From an uncultured Paenibacillaceae bacterium (GTDB lineage Bacteria > Bacillota > Bacilli > Paenibacillales > CALAME01), in contig CALAME010000002.1 of the NCBI GenBank assembly GCA_937925675.1, positions 6,261 to 70,260 on the forward strand: a stretch of 64,000 nucleotides of DNA, read 5' to 3'. Below are positions 19,622 to 29,204 of this stretch, piece after piece. The number at the start of each line of letters is the position of its first letter. Position 1 is the first letter of the stretch. A model generated the notes under the pieces. The model saw nothing but the letters and a program-made list of their open reading frames with translations, ran no database searches and had not been told where the DNA came from. The position numbers were made by a program, and so were the translations under genes.

Positions 19622-20713
19622 ATGGTAAGCAACGAAAAACAAATCTTCCTCTTTACGGGCAGCTATACCAAGCGAAATGAATACGGATTGCGTGTCTTTA
19701 CCTTTCACACGGAAACAGGTGAAATGAATCTGCTCCACGAAGTCGCTGAAAAAAACGCTTCCTTTTTGGACATCAATGAAAAAACAGGCTATCTTTATTG
19801 TACCGCAGAAATGCCGGAAAAATCCGGTCAGGGTGCAGTCGCAGCCTACCGAATCGATCCGTCGGACGGTTCCCTGACGTTTGTCAACCGCCAACCCGCA
19901 GCCGGAGGGCGTCCCACGTATGTAAGGCTGGATGGTAGCGGCCGTTTCGTTCTTGCCGCCAATTACGGCAGCGGTAACGTCAACCTTTATCCGCTCGACG
20001 ACCAGCAAAAACTGCTGCCGATGAGCGATCTTCATCATCATTCCGGTTCCGGACCGAACCGTGAACGCCAAGATGGCCCCCATCCGCATTGCATCATGCA
20101 GGATGCCCATAACCGATACGTGTTTGTGCCTGACCTCGGCATCGATCAGGTCGTCGTTTACAAGCTTGACCTTGTCAACCAGAAGCTGATTCCTCATGAT
20201 TCCGTGTCTGCTCCGGCCGGTTCCGGGCCGCGTCATATCGTCTTTCACCCGAACGGCAGCTTCGCCTACGTCGTCAACGAACTGGATGCCACCGTTTCCG
20301 TATTCCGTTATCAAGCGGACGAAGGCAAACTGACCGCGCTGCAGCACGAGCCGAGCTTGCCCGACGATTTCAAAGGTGAAAACACCGCTGCGGAAATCCG
20401 GATTTCACCGGACGGGCATTACCTGTACATGTCCAACCGTGGTGCCGACAACATCACCGTATTTCAGGTCGACCCGGAGCAAGGAACGATTGAACGGGTT
20501 GGAAGTGTCGATTGTGGCGGCCGCACCCCGCGCAATTTCAACCTGTCTCCGGACGGCCGTTTCCTCGTTTGTGGCAACCAGGATTCGGACAATGTCGTCG
20601 TATTCCGGATCGACCCGCAAAACGGCATACCTGAACAGACCGGTCTTGTATACGACGTTCCGGAAGCAGTATGCATCCGCTTCTATGATACTTCTTCGCT
20701 ACAGAACGGTTAA
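19622..20713 (+). CDS. pgl: Lactonase, 7-bladed beta-propeller (6-phosphogluconolactonase/YkgB-like)
   Basis: The 363-aa ORF shows the family pattern …GSYT…, …NASFLDIN…, …PRHIVFHPNG… and …RISPDGHYLYMSNRG…. Confidence 0.85.
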   Translation: MVSNEKQIFLFTGSYTKRNEYGLRVFTFHTETGEMNLLHEVAEKNASFLDINEKTGYLYCTAEMPEKSGQGAVAAYRIDPSDGSLTFVNRQPAAGGRPTYVRLDGSGRFVLAANYGSGNVNLYPLDDQQKLLPMSDLHHHSGSGPNRERQDGPHPHCIMQDAHNRYVFVPDLGIDQVVVYKLDLVNQKLIPHDSVSAPAGSGPRHIVFHPNGSFAYVVNELDATVSVFRYQADEGKLTALQHEPSLPDDFKGENTAAEIRISPDGHYLYMSNRGADNITVFQVDPEQGTIERVGSVDCGGRTPRNFNLSPDGRFLVCGNQDSDNVVVFRIDPQNGIPEQTGLVYDVPEAVCIRFYDTSSLQNG

Positions 20714-20759
20714 TTACCTGCTCGTGTTGTCTGCTTGTTGACTGTTTGTTTTTTCCTGT

Positions 20760-22313
20760 TTACAATCGTTCCGATACGAGTTTCCCTTGTGTATACAGGA
20801 GCAAATAGTCGCGTCCTCCCGCTTTTGAGTCGGTTCCCGACATGTTGAATCCGCCAAACGGGTGCACTCCAACGAGTGCACCTGTACATTTCCGGTTGAA
20901 ATACAGATTGCCGACATGAAAATCACGGCGTGCCCGCTCCAGCCGTTCTCGATGGCGGGAAAAAACGGATCCGGTCAGCCCGTATTCCGTATCATTGGCG
21001 AGTTGGAGCCCATGTTCAAAACTGTCCGCCTTGATGAAGGCCAATACGGGACCGAATATTTCTTCCTGGGCGATCGTCGCCTTTGAATCGACATCGGCAA
21101 ATATGGTGGGCGGGATAAAATAACCATTCCCGTCCATTTTTTCACCGCCGAGCACAAGCCGCCATTCCTTCTTGCCCGTTTCGATGTAAGACCAGATTTT
21201 TTCATAGGCGGCTTCGTTGATCACCGGCCCCATGTGGTTGTCCGGGTCTGCCGGATCCCCGACTTTCCACTCCGATGCGAGCCTTACCGTTTTGGAAAGC
21301 ACTTCGTCATAGACGTCCCGATGCACGATGGCACGCGAGCATGCAGAACATTTTTGACCGGAAAATCCGAATGCCGAAGAGACGATCGCTTCCACAGCCA
21401 AATCGATATCGCAATCGTTGTCCACCAGGATGGAGTCTTTTCCCCCCATTTCCGCAATGACGCGCTTGATCCATTTCTGGCCGGGGTGTACTTTGGCGGC
21501 CCGCTCGTTAATGCGGAGTCCGACCTCACGCGAACCGGTAAAACTGATAAAGCGGGTGAGCGGATGATCGACGAGAGCGTCTCCGATCGCAGAGCCAGAC
21601 CCCGGCACAAATTGCAGCACACCGTCGGGCAGCCCGGCTTCTTTCAAAATCTCAACAAATTTGTAAGCGATGACGCACGTCGTGCTCGCCGGCTTCAACA
21701 CCACCGTATTGCCCGCAACGAGCGAAGCCGCCGTCATCCCGACCGTGATCGCAAGCGGGAAATTCCAGGGCGGGATAACGACACCCACACCGAGCGGGAT
21801 GTAGTACAGTTCGTTATCTTCGTCAGGGATCCGGATGAGCGGTTGGCGGCCGGCGAGCCGGATCATTTCCCTGCCGTAAAACTCCAGAAAGTCGATCGCT
21901 TCCGCCGTGTCTGCATCGGCCTCACCCCATGTCTTTCCGGCCTCATAGACGATCCATGCCGAAAATTCATGACGGCGCCTGCGCAGGATCGCCGCTGCTT
22001 TGAACAGTATGCGCGCCCTGGCTTCCGGTGAAACAGCCTTCCACGCTTCGAAATGATGGGCTGCCGTGCGCACGGCTCGGTCAGCCAAAGCTTCATCCGC
22101 CTGGCAGATCACACCGATCACTTCATCGATATTCGCCGGATTGATCGATTTTATCGTTTGCTCCGTCTGCAAACTTTCGCCCCCGATTTCAAGCGGATAC
22201 AGCTTCCCGAACCGGGAGTGCACCGTTTGTAACGCTTGTTCAAACGCCTTGCGGTTTTCCGGCTGCTCAAAATCGGTAAGCGGCTCATTTTTAAATACCG
22301 GTAACATCAACAT
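20760..22313 (-). CDS. pruA: L-glutamate gamma-semialdehyde (1-pyrroline-5-carboxylate) dehydrogenase (PruA/RocA/PutC type)
   Basis: The N-terminus FKNEPLTDF… is typical of Bacillus-type P5CDH. It is an ALDH-family protein with EMGGKD and a catalytic [13 protein letters not shown]. Confidence 0.9.
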   Translation of the reverse strand: MLMLPVFKNEPLTDFEQPENRKAFEQALQTVHSRFGKLYPLEIGGESLQTEQTIKSINPANIDEVIGVICQADEALADRAVRTAAHHFEAWKAVSPEARARILFKAAAILRRRRHEFSAWIVYEAGKTWGEADADTAEAIDFLEFYGREMIRLAGRQPLIRIPDEDNELYYIPLGVGVVIPPWNFPLAITVGMTAASLVAGNTVVLKPASTTCVIAYKFVEILKEAGLPDGVLQFVPGSGSAIGDALVDHPLTRFISFTGSREVGLRINERAAKVHPGQKWIKRVIAEMGGKDSILVDNDCDIDLAVEAIVSSAFGFSGQKCSACSRAIVHRDVYDEVLSKTVRLASEWKVGDPADPDNHMGPVINEAAYEKIWSYIETGKKEWRLVLGGEKMDGNGYFIPPTIFADVDSKATIAQEEIFGPVLAFIKADSFEHGLQLANDTEYGLTGSVFSRHRERLERARRDFHVGNLYFNRKCTGALVGVHPFGGFNMSGTDSKAGGRDYLLLYTQGKLVSERL

Positions 22314-22333
22314 CCTCCTATCCTTGACTTCAT

Positions 22334-23272
22334 TTACAAAATTCTTTTCCCGAGCAAAGAGGCTATCAGTTCCATCGCCAACGTGACCGTGCGGTTTCCC
22401 TCATCGAGCAGTGGATTCACTTCAACCATTTCAGCGGAAATGACTTTCTTCGTTTCATACAAAAATTCCATCGCAAAATGCGCTTCTCTATAGTTGAGAC
22501 CGCCTTTTACCGGAGTTCCCGTCCCCGGTGCTTCCCTGGGGTCCACACAGTCAATATCAAAGCTGACATGAATCCCGTCCCTGGCCCGACCGGCGATGGC
22601 ATACGCCTTCTCCATGATGGCGGCGATACCTTCCCGATCGATGTCATACATCGTAAAACATGGAATGCCCGCCTCGTTTATCCATTTCTTTTCGCCTTCG
22701 TCGAGCTGGCGCACTGCGACAATCGCCAGCCGATCCGCCCGGATTTTGGCGCCTTTTTTGCGTATGGATACCAGTTTTTCATGGCCTTTACCGAGTGCCG
22801 CAGCCAGCGGCATGCCATGTACATTCCCGGTTGGGGACGTCTGTTCCGTATTCAGGTCTGCATGGGCGTCCAGCCAAATGACACCGAGGTCGTCATAATG
22901 ATCCGCAAGACCGGACAACGTCCCGATCGATATGCTGTGATCTCCTCCCAGCACAAACGGCATCTTGCCTGTCGCGACCGTATAGGAGACGCGTTCGGAC
23001 AGCTTCATATTGACATCGATAATTTGGGGCAAATGTTTCAGTTTTTTCCCGGTACGTTCCAGGACGGCTGTCGTGCCGCTGACGGGTTCCGTGCTGACAG
23101 GGGGTTCTTTCAAAGCGCTTTTGATCTCGCCCGCGTCTTCACAATCGATGCCGAGTGAAGTCAGATGGCGCAGCAACCCGGCTTGGACGATCGATTCCGG
23201 TCCCAGTGCTGCACCTTTTCTGCCAGCCCCCCAGTCGCTGGCCACCCGGATAAATGATACGGTTTTATCCAT
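22334..23272 (-). CDS. rocF: Arginase
   Basis: [29 protein letters not shown] and EVNP motifs are present, and the sequence is collinear with Bacillus RocF. Confidence 0.9.
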   Translation of the reverse strand: MDKTVSFIRVASDWGAGRKGAALGPESIVQAGLLRHLTSLGIDCEDAGEIKSALKEPPVSTEPVSGTTAVLERTGKKLKHLPQIIDVNMKLSERVSYTVATGKMPFVLGGDHSISIGTLSGLADHYDDLGVIWLDAHADLNTEQTSPTGNVHGMPLAAALGKGHEKLVSIRKKGAKIRADRLAIVAVRQLDEGEKKWINEAGIPCFTMYDIDREGIAAIMEKAYAIAGRARDGIHVSFDIDCVDPREAPGTGTPVKGGLNYREAHFAMEFLYETKKVISAEMVEVNPLLDEGNRTVTLAMELIASLLGKRIL

Positions 23273-23293
23273 TGTTGACAGACTCCTTCCCGA

Positions 23294-24214
23294 TCAGCGT
23301 CTCGTCCAGTTTTTCAAGACAAACCATAAATTTTCGGGGCGCTCGGCCAACCGGCGCAAAAAATAGGGATACCACATCTGTCCGTAAGGCACATAACTGC
23401 GCACCGTATATCCTTCCTGCGCCAGCTGTCGCTGTAGTTCTGTTCGCATCCCGTACAAAAACTGAAACTCATATTTGTCCGGGGATATTCCCTTTTGCCG
23501 CGCATATTCTTTCGTCCACTCGATGATCTCGTCATCGTGTGTGGCTACTGCTGTGTATACGCCACTGTCCAGACGCAGCGCGATCAAGTGGCGAAAATTT
23601 TCACGGATTTTTTCCATGGATGTCCATGCGATCGAAGCCGGTTCCTTGTATGCCCCTTTTACAAGGCGCAAATTCATCCCTGCTTCGGTCAACCGGCGGA
23701 CATCCTCTTCGCTTCGATACAAATAGGCCTGGATGACCGTACCGACCTGTTCGTATCCTTCCTCACGCAATCGGGTGGCGATACGGATCGTGTCCTCCGT
23801 AAACGGGCTGTCTTCCATGTCGAGCCGCACAAACAACCCGTGTCCGTCGGCTTTCTTGACAATTTCCCGGATCAGCCGGTAGCTGTTTTCTTTATGGATC
23901 TTAAGACCAAACTGGGTCGGTTTCAGTGAAATGTATGCATCCGGTCTTGCTTCACGCAGCTCGTCGACCAGTTTCAAATATTCGCTTTCAAACTCGATCG
24001 CTTCTGAAAAAGAGCGCACGGCTTCCCCGAGATGATCGACGGTTGACAAAATCCCTTCACTACGCAACCGATTCATTTCACGAATGGCATCTTCAGCTGT
24101 CAAGCCAGCGACAAACCGGCTCGCACCGAGTTGAAATCCGTATTTGAGCGCCAGTTTTTCCATCAACCGATTTCCGGCTACTGTCAATACGATTTGGCGA
24201 TAAAGACTGTTCAT
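23294..24214 (-). CDS. putB: Proline dehydrogenase
   Basis: The 306-aa ORF shows the Bacillus-type ProDH pattern (…ASRFVAGLTAEDAI…STVDHLGE…VRLVKGAYKEP…). Confidence 0.88.
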   Translation of the reverse strand: MNSLYRQIVLTVAGNRLMEKLALKYGFQLGASRFVAGLTAEDAIREMNRLRSEGILSTVDHLGEAVRSFSEAIEFESEYLKLVDELREARPDAYISLKPTQFGLKIHKENSYRLIREIVKKADGHGLFVRLDMEDSPFTEDTIRIATRLREEGYEQVGTVIQAYLYRSEEDVRRLTEAGMNLRLVKGAYKEPASIAWTSMEKIRENFRHLIALRLDSGVYTAVATHDDEIIEWTKEYARQKGISPDKYEFQFLYGMRTELQRQLAQEGYTVRSYVPYGQMWYPYFLRRLAERPENLWFVLKNWTRR

Positions 24215-24320
24215 GGACGCTCTCCGTCCCCCTTTGCTGCGATGTCGATGACCGCCGCTTGCCGCTTATTGTTTGCGGAACGCTGGGAAACGATTCATTT
24301 TCCGGATGAGAGTCCAAGCG

Positions 24321-24343
24321 GATGCACATAATAGATGCACATA
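24321..24343 (+). repeat. 2 x 10-bp direct repeat GATGCACATA (13-bp period) abutting the rocD RBS
   Basis: The sequence reads GATGCACATA-ATA-GATGCACATA-GGAGGG. Confidence 0.9.
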
Positions 24344-24356
24344 GGAGGGAATTCAA

Positions 24357-25568
24357 TTGGCTGACGTGTCCATTGTACATTCACCCACGATAAATACCAT
24401 CGCGCAAATCGATCGGTTGGGCGCGCGCAACTACGATCCCATACCGGTTGTGATCGCCTCAGCGTCAGGAGCCTGGGTCAAGGATATTGAAGGCAAATCG
24501 TATCTCGATATGCTAAGTGCCTACTCAGCGCTCAACCACGGTCATCGGCATCCCCGCATTATCGAGACGCTCAAGCGGCAGGCGGACAAACTGACCCTGA
24601 CTTCGCGCGCTTTTCATCATGACGTCATGCTCGGATTTTATGAACGGGTATCCCGTTGGACAAACAAAAACAAGATTTTGCCGATGAATACAGGGGCTGA
24701 AGCGGTGGAAACCGCCATCAAAGCAGCCAGAAGATGGGGATATCGGGTGAAAGGAATCCCCGACGATCAGGCGGAAATCATCGTCTGCGCCCAAAATTTC
24801 CACGGCCGCACCATCACCATCACTTCTTTTTCCACCAACCCGGTGAGCCGTGCCCACTTCGGTCCCTTCACCCCCGGTTTCCGCGTCGTTCCCTATGGCG
24901 ATCTGAACGCGTTGGAAGAAGCGATCCACGACCGTACGGCTGCGTTTCTGGTCGAACCGATCCAGGGGGAAGCGGGCGTGATCATCCCTCCGGACGGTTA
25001 TATCAAACAGGCGCGGGAAATTTGTCGCAAACATCAGGTGCTGTTTATCGCCGATGAGATCCAGACGGGATTGTGCCGCACCGGCAGACGGTTCGCCTGC
25101 GATTGGGAACAAGTTGAACCGGATCTGTATATTATCGGCAAGGCGCTCGGAGGCGGCGTTATCCCGATCTCTGCAGTCGCCGGAGATGAAGAAGTGATGG
25201 ATTTGTTTGATCCGGGGTCCCACGGCTCGACATTCGGAGGGAATCCGCTGGCCTGCGCGGTGGCGTCGACAGCGCTGGATGTCCTTGAAGAAGAACAGCT
25301 GGACAAACAGGCCGAGCGAAAAGGAAAACGATTTTTAGAGTTTTTAAAACAATTGCAAAGTCCGGTTGTGAAAGCTGTCCGGGGACGAGGCCTTTTGCTC
25401 GCTGTTGATCTGACCGTACCGGCACGACCCTTTTGTGAAAAATTGATGCAAAATGGCATCTTGTGCAAGGAAACCCATGAACACACGATCCGGTTTGCCC
25501 CGCCGCTCATCATTGAGGAGCAAGATCTGGAATGGGCCATGCAGCGCATCCAGGAAACGCTTAAGTAA
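24357..25568 (+). CDS. rocD: Ornithine--oxo-acid aminotransferase
   Basis: This is a class-III aminotransferase with …YSALNHGHRHP…FIADEIQTGLCRTG…. The TTG start lies 7 nt after AGGAGGG. Confidence 0.93.
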   Translation: MADVSIVHSPTINTIAQIDRLGARNYDPIPVVIASASGAWVKDIEGKSYLDMLSAYSALNHGHRHPRIIETLKRQADKLTLTSRAFHHDVMLGFYERVSRWTNKNKILPMNTGAEAVETAIKAARRWGYRVKGIPDDQAEIIVCAQNFHGRTITITSFSTNPVSRAHFGPFTPGFRVVPYGDLNALEEAIHDRTAAFLVEPIQGEAGVIIPPDGYIKQAREICRKHQVLFIADEIQTGLCRTGRRFACDWEQVEPDLYIIGKALGGGVIPISAVAGDEEVMDLFDPGSHGSTFGGNPLACAVASTALDVLEEEQLDKQAERKGKRFLEFLKQLQSPVVKAVRGRGLLLAVDLTVPARPFCEKLMQNGILCKETHEHTIRFAPPLIIEEQDLEWAMQRIQETLK

Positions 25569-25627
25569 ATGACCGTCCGAAGGTGTAAAGCTGTCCCCTT
25601 CCATTCGAGTTATGGTACAATGTTCTT

Positions 25628-25665
25628 TGAAATTTAACGTTGAAGTTTAGCGTGAAGTTTAAGCG
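25628..25665 (+). repeat. Three tandem 12-13-nt direct repeats TGAA(A/G)TTTA(A)(C/G)CG(T)
   Basis: The units are TGAAATTTAACGT / TGAAGTTTAGCG / TGAAGTTTAAGCG. They lie between an extended -10-like TGGTACAAT and the RBS of the SDR pseudogene. Confidence 0.9.
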
Positions 25666-25684
25666 ACGAAAGGAGACGTCACGA

Positions 25685-26475
25685 ATGGATCTGGGCTTAA
25701 AGGATAAGGTAGCACTCATAACCGGGGGCAGCAAAGGCATCGGACTACATACCGCCATATGTCTGGCGAAGGAAGGAGCCAAAGTCGCGATCGTCGCGCG
25801 CAATGAAGAACATTTGCAAAAAGCCGCTGAGCGCATCTTACCCTCCACTTACCATCCTTGCGGGTTGCTTGAAGTGGGGGCTTCTCGGGTAATCCTGTCT
25901 CATGACAGGAAATTGACCGAGCTAACCCTCCTGAGAAATTCGGACGGCTGGACATCCTCGTCAACAACGCAGGCACAGCCAATGCAAAACCGTTTGAACA
26001 GGTCGACGAAGAACTGTGGCAGTATGATCTGGATCTGAAATTGCATGCGGCGATCCGCTTTTCTCGTTTCGCCGTTCCCCATATGCGCAAGGCAGGCGGC
26101 GGTGCGATCGTAAACGTTACCGCATCTGCAGCCAAGACGCCTTCCGCATCGTCGTTGCCCACCTCTGTGAGCCGCGCAGCCGGCATGGCTCTGACGAAAG
26201 CGATGAGCCGAGATCTCGCCGCTGACAACATTCGCGTCAACACGGTTTGCATCGGGCTGATCCGCAGCGACCAGATTGAAAAAATGTGGCGCAATAATGC
26301 TCCAGACTTGACATGGGAGGAATTCTCGCGCGATCCGCGGCACGACATTCCGCTCGGCCGCATCGGAGAGACGGACGAAGCCGCCCGCGTCATTACCTTC
26401 CTCGTTTCCGATGCAGCTTCCTACGTGACCGGAACATCTGTCAACATCGATGGCGGCAAGGCAGCAGCGCTGTAA
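25685..26475 (+). pseudogene. SDR-family oxidoreductase, disrupted
   Basis: The N-terminus MDLGLKDKVALITGGSKGIG…AAERI is in one frame. EKFGRLDILVNNAG… through …SYVTGTSVNIDGG is in another. The 25837-25932 linker needs a frame change, and the downstream frame carries TGA stops at 25870 and 25903. Confidence 0.8.
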
Positions 26476-26484
26476 AGCAAACAA

Positions 26485-26522
26485 AAAGACGGAAGCCGTT
26501 TTTCCGCTTCCGTCTTGTTTTA
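26485..26522. terminator. Bidirectional intrinsic terminator
   Basis: AAGACGGAAGC-cgtttttcc-GCTTCCGTCTT is an 11-bp stem flanked by an A-run upstream and a T-run downstream. Confidence 0.8.
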
Positions 26523-26544
26523 TGCCTTACTTTTCTTCAATTCT

Positions 26545-26646
26545 TCACTGTGATGTCTCGTCATCCGCAATTCCACCGAACGACATCGTCCCGAAACAGA
26601 GTTCGGACACTCGAATGCCGGTTTTGCCTACTGCACGATATTTCAT
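26545..26646 (-). pseudogene. 5' stub of an aldo/keto reductase gene (33 codons, then stop)
   Basis: A GGGGAGGGG RBS precedes an ATG, and the ORF reads MKYRAVGKTGIRVSELCFGTMSFGGIADDETSQ*. This is a canonical AKR N-terminus that runs straight into the terminator. Confidence 0.65.
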
Positions 26647-26691
26647 ACGGAACCCCTCCCCGATTTATAGAAAAGTGACGACAGAAGCAAG

Positions 26692-27345
26692 CTAATCCAG
26701 GCTTCTGATGACGAGCAAACGCCCACGAGCGACGCGGATGATCCCCTTTTCTGCTTCCAGCACGTTACTGATCCCGAGCGATTCACCGATGCGCAGGGTC
26801 GCATCATGAAGCGGATAACGGAAACCGGTCAGGTTGATGCCTTTCACTTCCGGTGTGAGTGGAAGCAGCGATATGCGAGGAAAATGGTTTTTGTGCAAGA
26901 GAAGTTCACGATCGGTCAAAAACACTTCGTTATATTCATCCCGGATGCGGCACCGGATGCCGCAATCCAGCGCTTCAGAAAGCAAATGGACGTTGGCGAG
27001 CGAATGATCCAGCCGGGTTCCGAGCGCGCCGTACATAATCAGTTCATCCGGTTTGCGATTCAGCGCATGCCGAAAAGCGATTTCCGTATCCGTATGGTCC
27101 TTGTCGATCGCATCGCATTCGACAAATGTTTGCGCTTTCGCTTTGATGCGGGATCGTTCCTCAGCGGTGACGGAATCGAAATCACCGACAGCCACATGGA
27201 GGGGCAAACCGTGTTCCAGCACAAACAGGGCGCCACGGTCAGCGCCGATCACGATATCCGATCCGTCACGGATGTTCGTGGTCGCGGCCAGATCATCGAG
27301 TGCCCAGTCGCCGAGACGTCCGCCGCTGAATATAAACACACGCAC
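26692..27345 (-). CDS. thiN: Thiamine diphosphokinase
   Basis: The sequence contains VRVFIFSGG…IGADRGA…VGDFDS…. The GTG at 27345 lies 6 nt after GGAGGGG and immediately after the ATPase stop. Confidence 0.85.
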   Translation of the reverse strand: MRVFIFSGGRLGDWALDDLAATTNIRDGSDIVIGADRGALFVLEHGLPLHVAVGDFDSVTAEERSRIKAKAQTFVECDAIDKDHTDTEIAFRHALNRKPDELIMYGALGTRLDHSLANVHLLSEALDCGIRCRIRDEYNEVFLTDRELLLHKNHFPRISLLPLTPEVKGINLTGFRYPLHDATLRIGESLGISNVLEAEKGIIRVARGRLLVIRSLD

Positions 27346-27347
27346 TG

Positions 27348-28148
27348 TTAACCCCTCCATTCCTGTTTTTGCGCATGAGTGGATACCATCGGGTAAGAGG
27401 TTTGCAAAATGTGCATCAGCTTTGCTTTCGTTCGTACGAATACTTCTGAGGCTGTCATTTCTACCCGGCGCGGCCGTTCCAGTTCCACCGATACTTCCCC
27501 CGCCACTTTTCCGGGCCGGGGTGAAAAAACATAGATCCGGTCAGACAGAAAGATCGCTTCTTCAATATCATGGGTAATCAACAGCACCGATGTGTGAAAT
27601 GCCTGCCATACTTCCATCAACCAGCGCTGCATGTCCAGCCGCGTGAGCGCATCGAGACTTCCGAACGGTTCATCCAACAGCATCAGTTCCTTTTTGCACA
27701 GGCATGTGCGCAAAAACGCAGCTCGCTGTCTCATGCCGCCGGAAAGCTGATGCGGGTAATGTTTAGCAAAGCCGCCCAATCCGAACTGGGGCAGCCATCT
27801 TTCCGCCTCCTGCCGGGCTTCTTTTTTGCTCATTCCATTCAGCTCCAAAGGAATAGCCACATTGTCCACTATGGTGCGCCACGGCAAAAGTACATCCTTT
27901 TGCGGCATATAGGCGGCATGTCCGCGACGGGAAGTCGTCTCCTTCCCGTCGATCCATACCTGTCCGTGATCCGGCCCGGTCAGACCGGCAATAATATCAA
28001 GCAAGGTGCTCTTTCCCGAGCCGCTCGGACCGATGATGCTCACAAACTCCCCTGACCGGACGGTGAGCGAAACGCGGTCAAGCACCGTCATGCCGCCAAA
28101 CGATTTGCTGATTTCCTTTAACACGAGTTTGTCCGACAACGCCGTCAA
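27348..28148 (-). CDS. ABC transporter ATP-binding protein (NitT/TauT family; ThiZ-like by context)
   Basis: Walker A GPSGSGKST, signature LSGGMRQR and Walker B LMLLDEPFGSLD are present. Confidence 0.9.
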   Translation of the reverse strand: MTALSDKLVLKEISKSFGGMTVLDRVSLTVRSGEFVSIIGPSGSGKSTLLDIIAGLTGPDHGQVWIDGKETTSRRGHAAYMPQKDVLLPWRTIVDNVAIPLELNGMSKKEARQEAERWLPQFGLGGFAKHYPHQLSGGMRQRAAFLRTCLCKKELMLLDEPFGSLDALTRLDMQRWLMEVWQAFHTSVLLITHDIEEAIFLSDRIYVFSPRPGKVAGEVSVELERPRRVEMTASEVFVRTKAKLMHILQTSYPMVSTHAQKQEWRG

Positions 28149-28181
28149 TGCGCCTCCTTCTCGATTGCCTGGCCGTTACTT

Positions 28182-29189
28182 TTAACGTTCCGGCAAAAAG
28201 GCATTCGTGTACGCCTGTTCGGTATCGATCATCTTTGGAATGAGGTCCCGTTCAAGCATCCATTGTGCGTAGCGTTCCCAAACTTCACCTTTTTGCACGC
28301 CCCATTGCGGCGCATCCGCTTGGTACTGATCGCTCAACCAGCGCTGGCTTTCCAGCACCAGTTCCTCATTGAGCTCCGGTGCGTGTGCAATCAGAATCTC
28401 CGCTGCTTCATCCGGCTTGTCAATCGCGAATTCGTAACCTTGGGCAACCGCACTCACAAACCGTCGCACGATCTCTTCCTGTTCCTCGATCATCTGTTCG
28501 CTTGTGATGAGTACAGGTGTGTAATAGTCCAACGCCGGGTCCAGGTCCTTGAGCATGATCAGATTCAGTTCCATGCCTCTTCTTTCCGCTTCAACCCCGT
28601 CCCAGCCGTAATAGATCCAGGCGAAATCGACGGTCCGCCCGACCGACTGGAAGAAGTCTGCGGTTCCGAGCGTCACATTTTCGACGAGGGCGTAATCCGC
28701 ACCGGCTTTTTCCATCACCGCACGCAACACGGCTTCTTCTACCGGCGATCCCCAACCGCCATACCGTTTCCCTTCAAAATCTTTCACCGTCTCGATGCCG
28801 TCTTCTTTCAACGAAGCAAACGCCGATGTATTATGTTGGATGACCGCTGCGATCGATACGACCGGAACGTCCTGGGCACGCGCCTGGGTGACCGCTTCCT
28901 GGTAGCTGACCCCGAATTGAACTTGTCCCGAAGCGACCAACTGTTCGGACGTGTTGCCTTCTCCCGGCTGGATGATTTCAACATCCAGGCCTTCATCTGC
29001 AAAAAAGCCCTTCTCCAAAGCGACATAAAGGCCGGTATGATTCGTATTCGGGAACCAGTCCAGCACAACGGTAACCGGCTCCAATGACATCGATCCTTCT
29101 TCTTGCGCTTGATCCTTTGTACCGCTGCAAGCGGCGAACAAAAGTATGAAAACCATAAAAAAACTTATAAGCGACACTTTTTTACCCAT
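28182..29189 (-). CDS. ABC substrate-binding lipoprotein, NMT1/THI5-like (ThiY-like by context)
   Basis: It has a lipobox LLFAAC-SG and a THI5/NMT1-type body. Confidence 0.85.
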   Translation of the reverse strand: MGKKVSLISFFMVFILLFAACSGTKDQAQEEGSMSLEPVTVVLDWFPNTNHTGLYVALEKGFFADEGLDVEIIQPGEGNTSEQLVASGQVQFGVSYQEAVTQARAQDVPVVSIAAVIQHNTSAFASLKEDGIETVKDFEGKRYGGWGSPVEEAVLRAVMEKAGADYALVENVTLGTADFFQSVGRTVDFAWIYYGWDGVEAERRGMELNLIMLKDLDPALDYYTPVLITSEQMIEEQEEIVRRFVSAVAQGYEFAIDKPDEAAEILIAHAPELNEELVLESQRWLSDQYQADAPQWGVQKGEVWERYAQWMLERDLIPKMIDTEQAYTNAFLPER

Positions 29190-29204
29190 GTTTGTTTCTC
29201 TCCC

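Noticed and set aside
24214-24357. A sigma-54 (-24/-12) promoter or ARG-box in the roc/put divergent region.
   Set aside because: By eye there is no TGGCAC-N5-TTGC match and no palindromic ARG-box. The only repeated element is direct, not inverted. This needs a proper PWM scan, so the rejection is soft.
25837-25932. The possibility that the SDR break reflects programmed frameshifting or TGA read-through/selenocysteine.
   Set aside because: More than one lesion is needed: a frame change plus two in-frame TGA codons. There is no slippery heptamer or SECIS-like hairpin, and the local peptide loses family conservation. Simple decay, or less likely sequencing error, is the more economical explanation.
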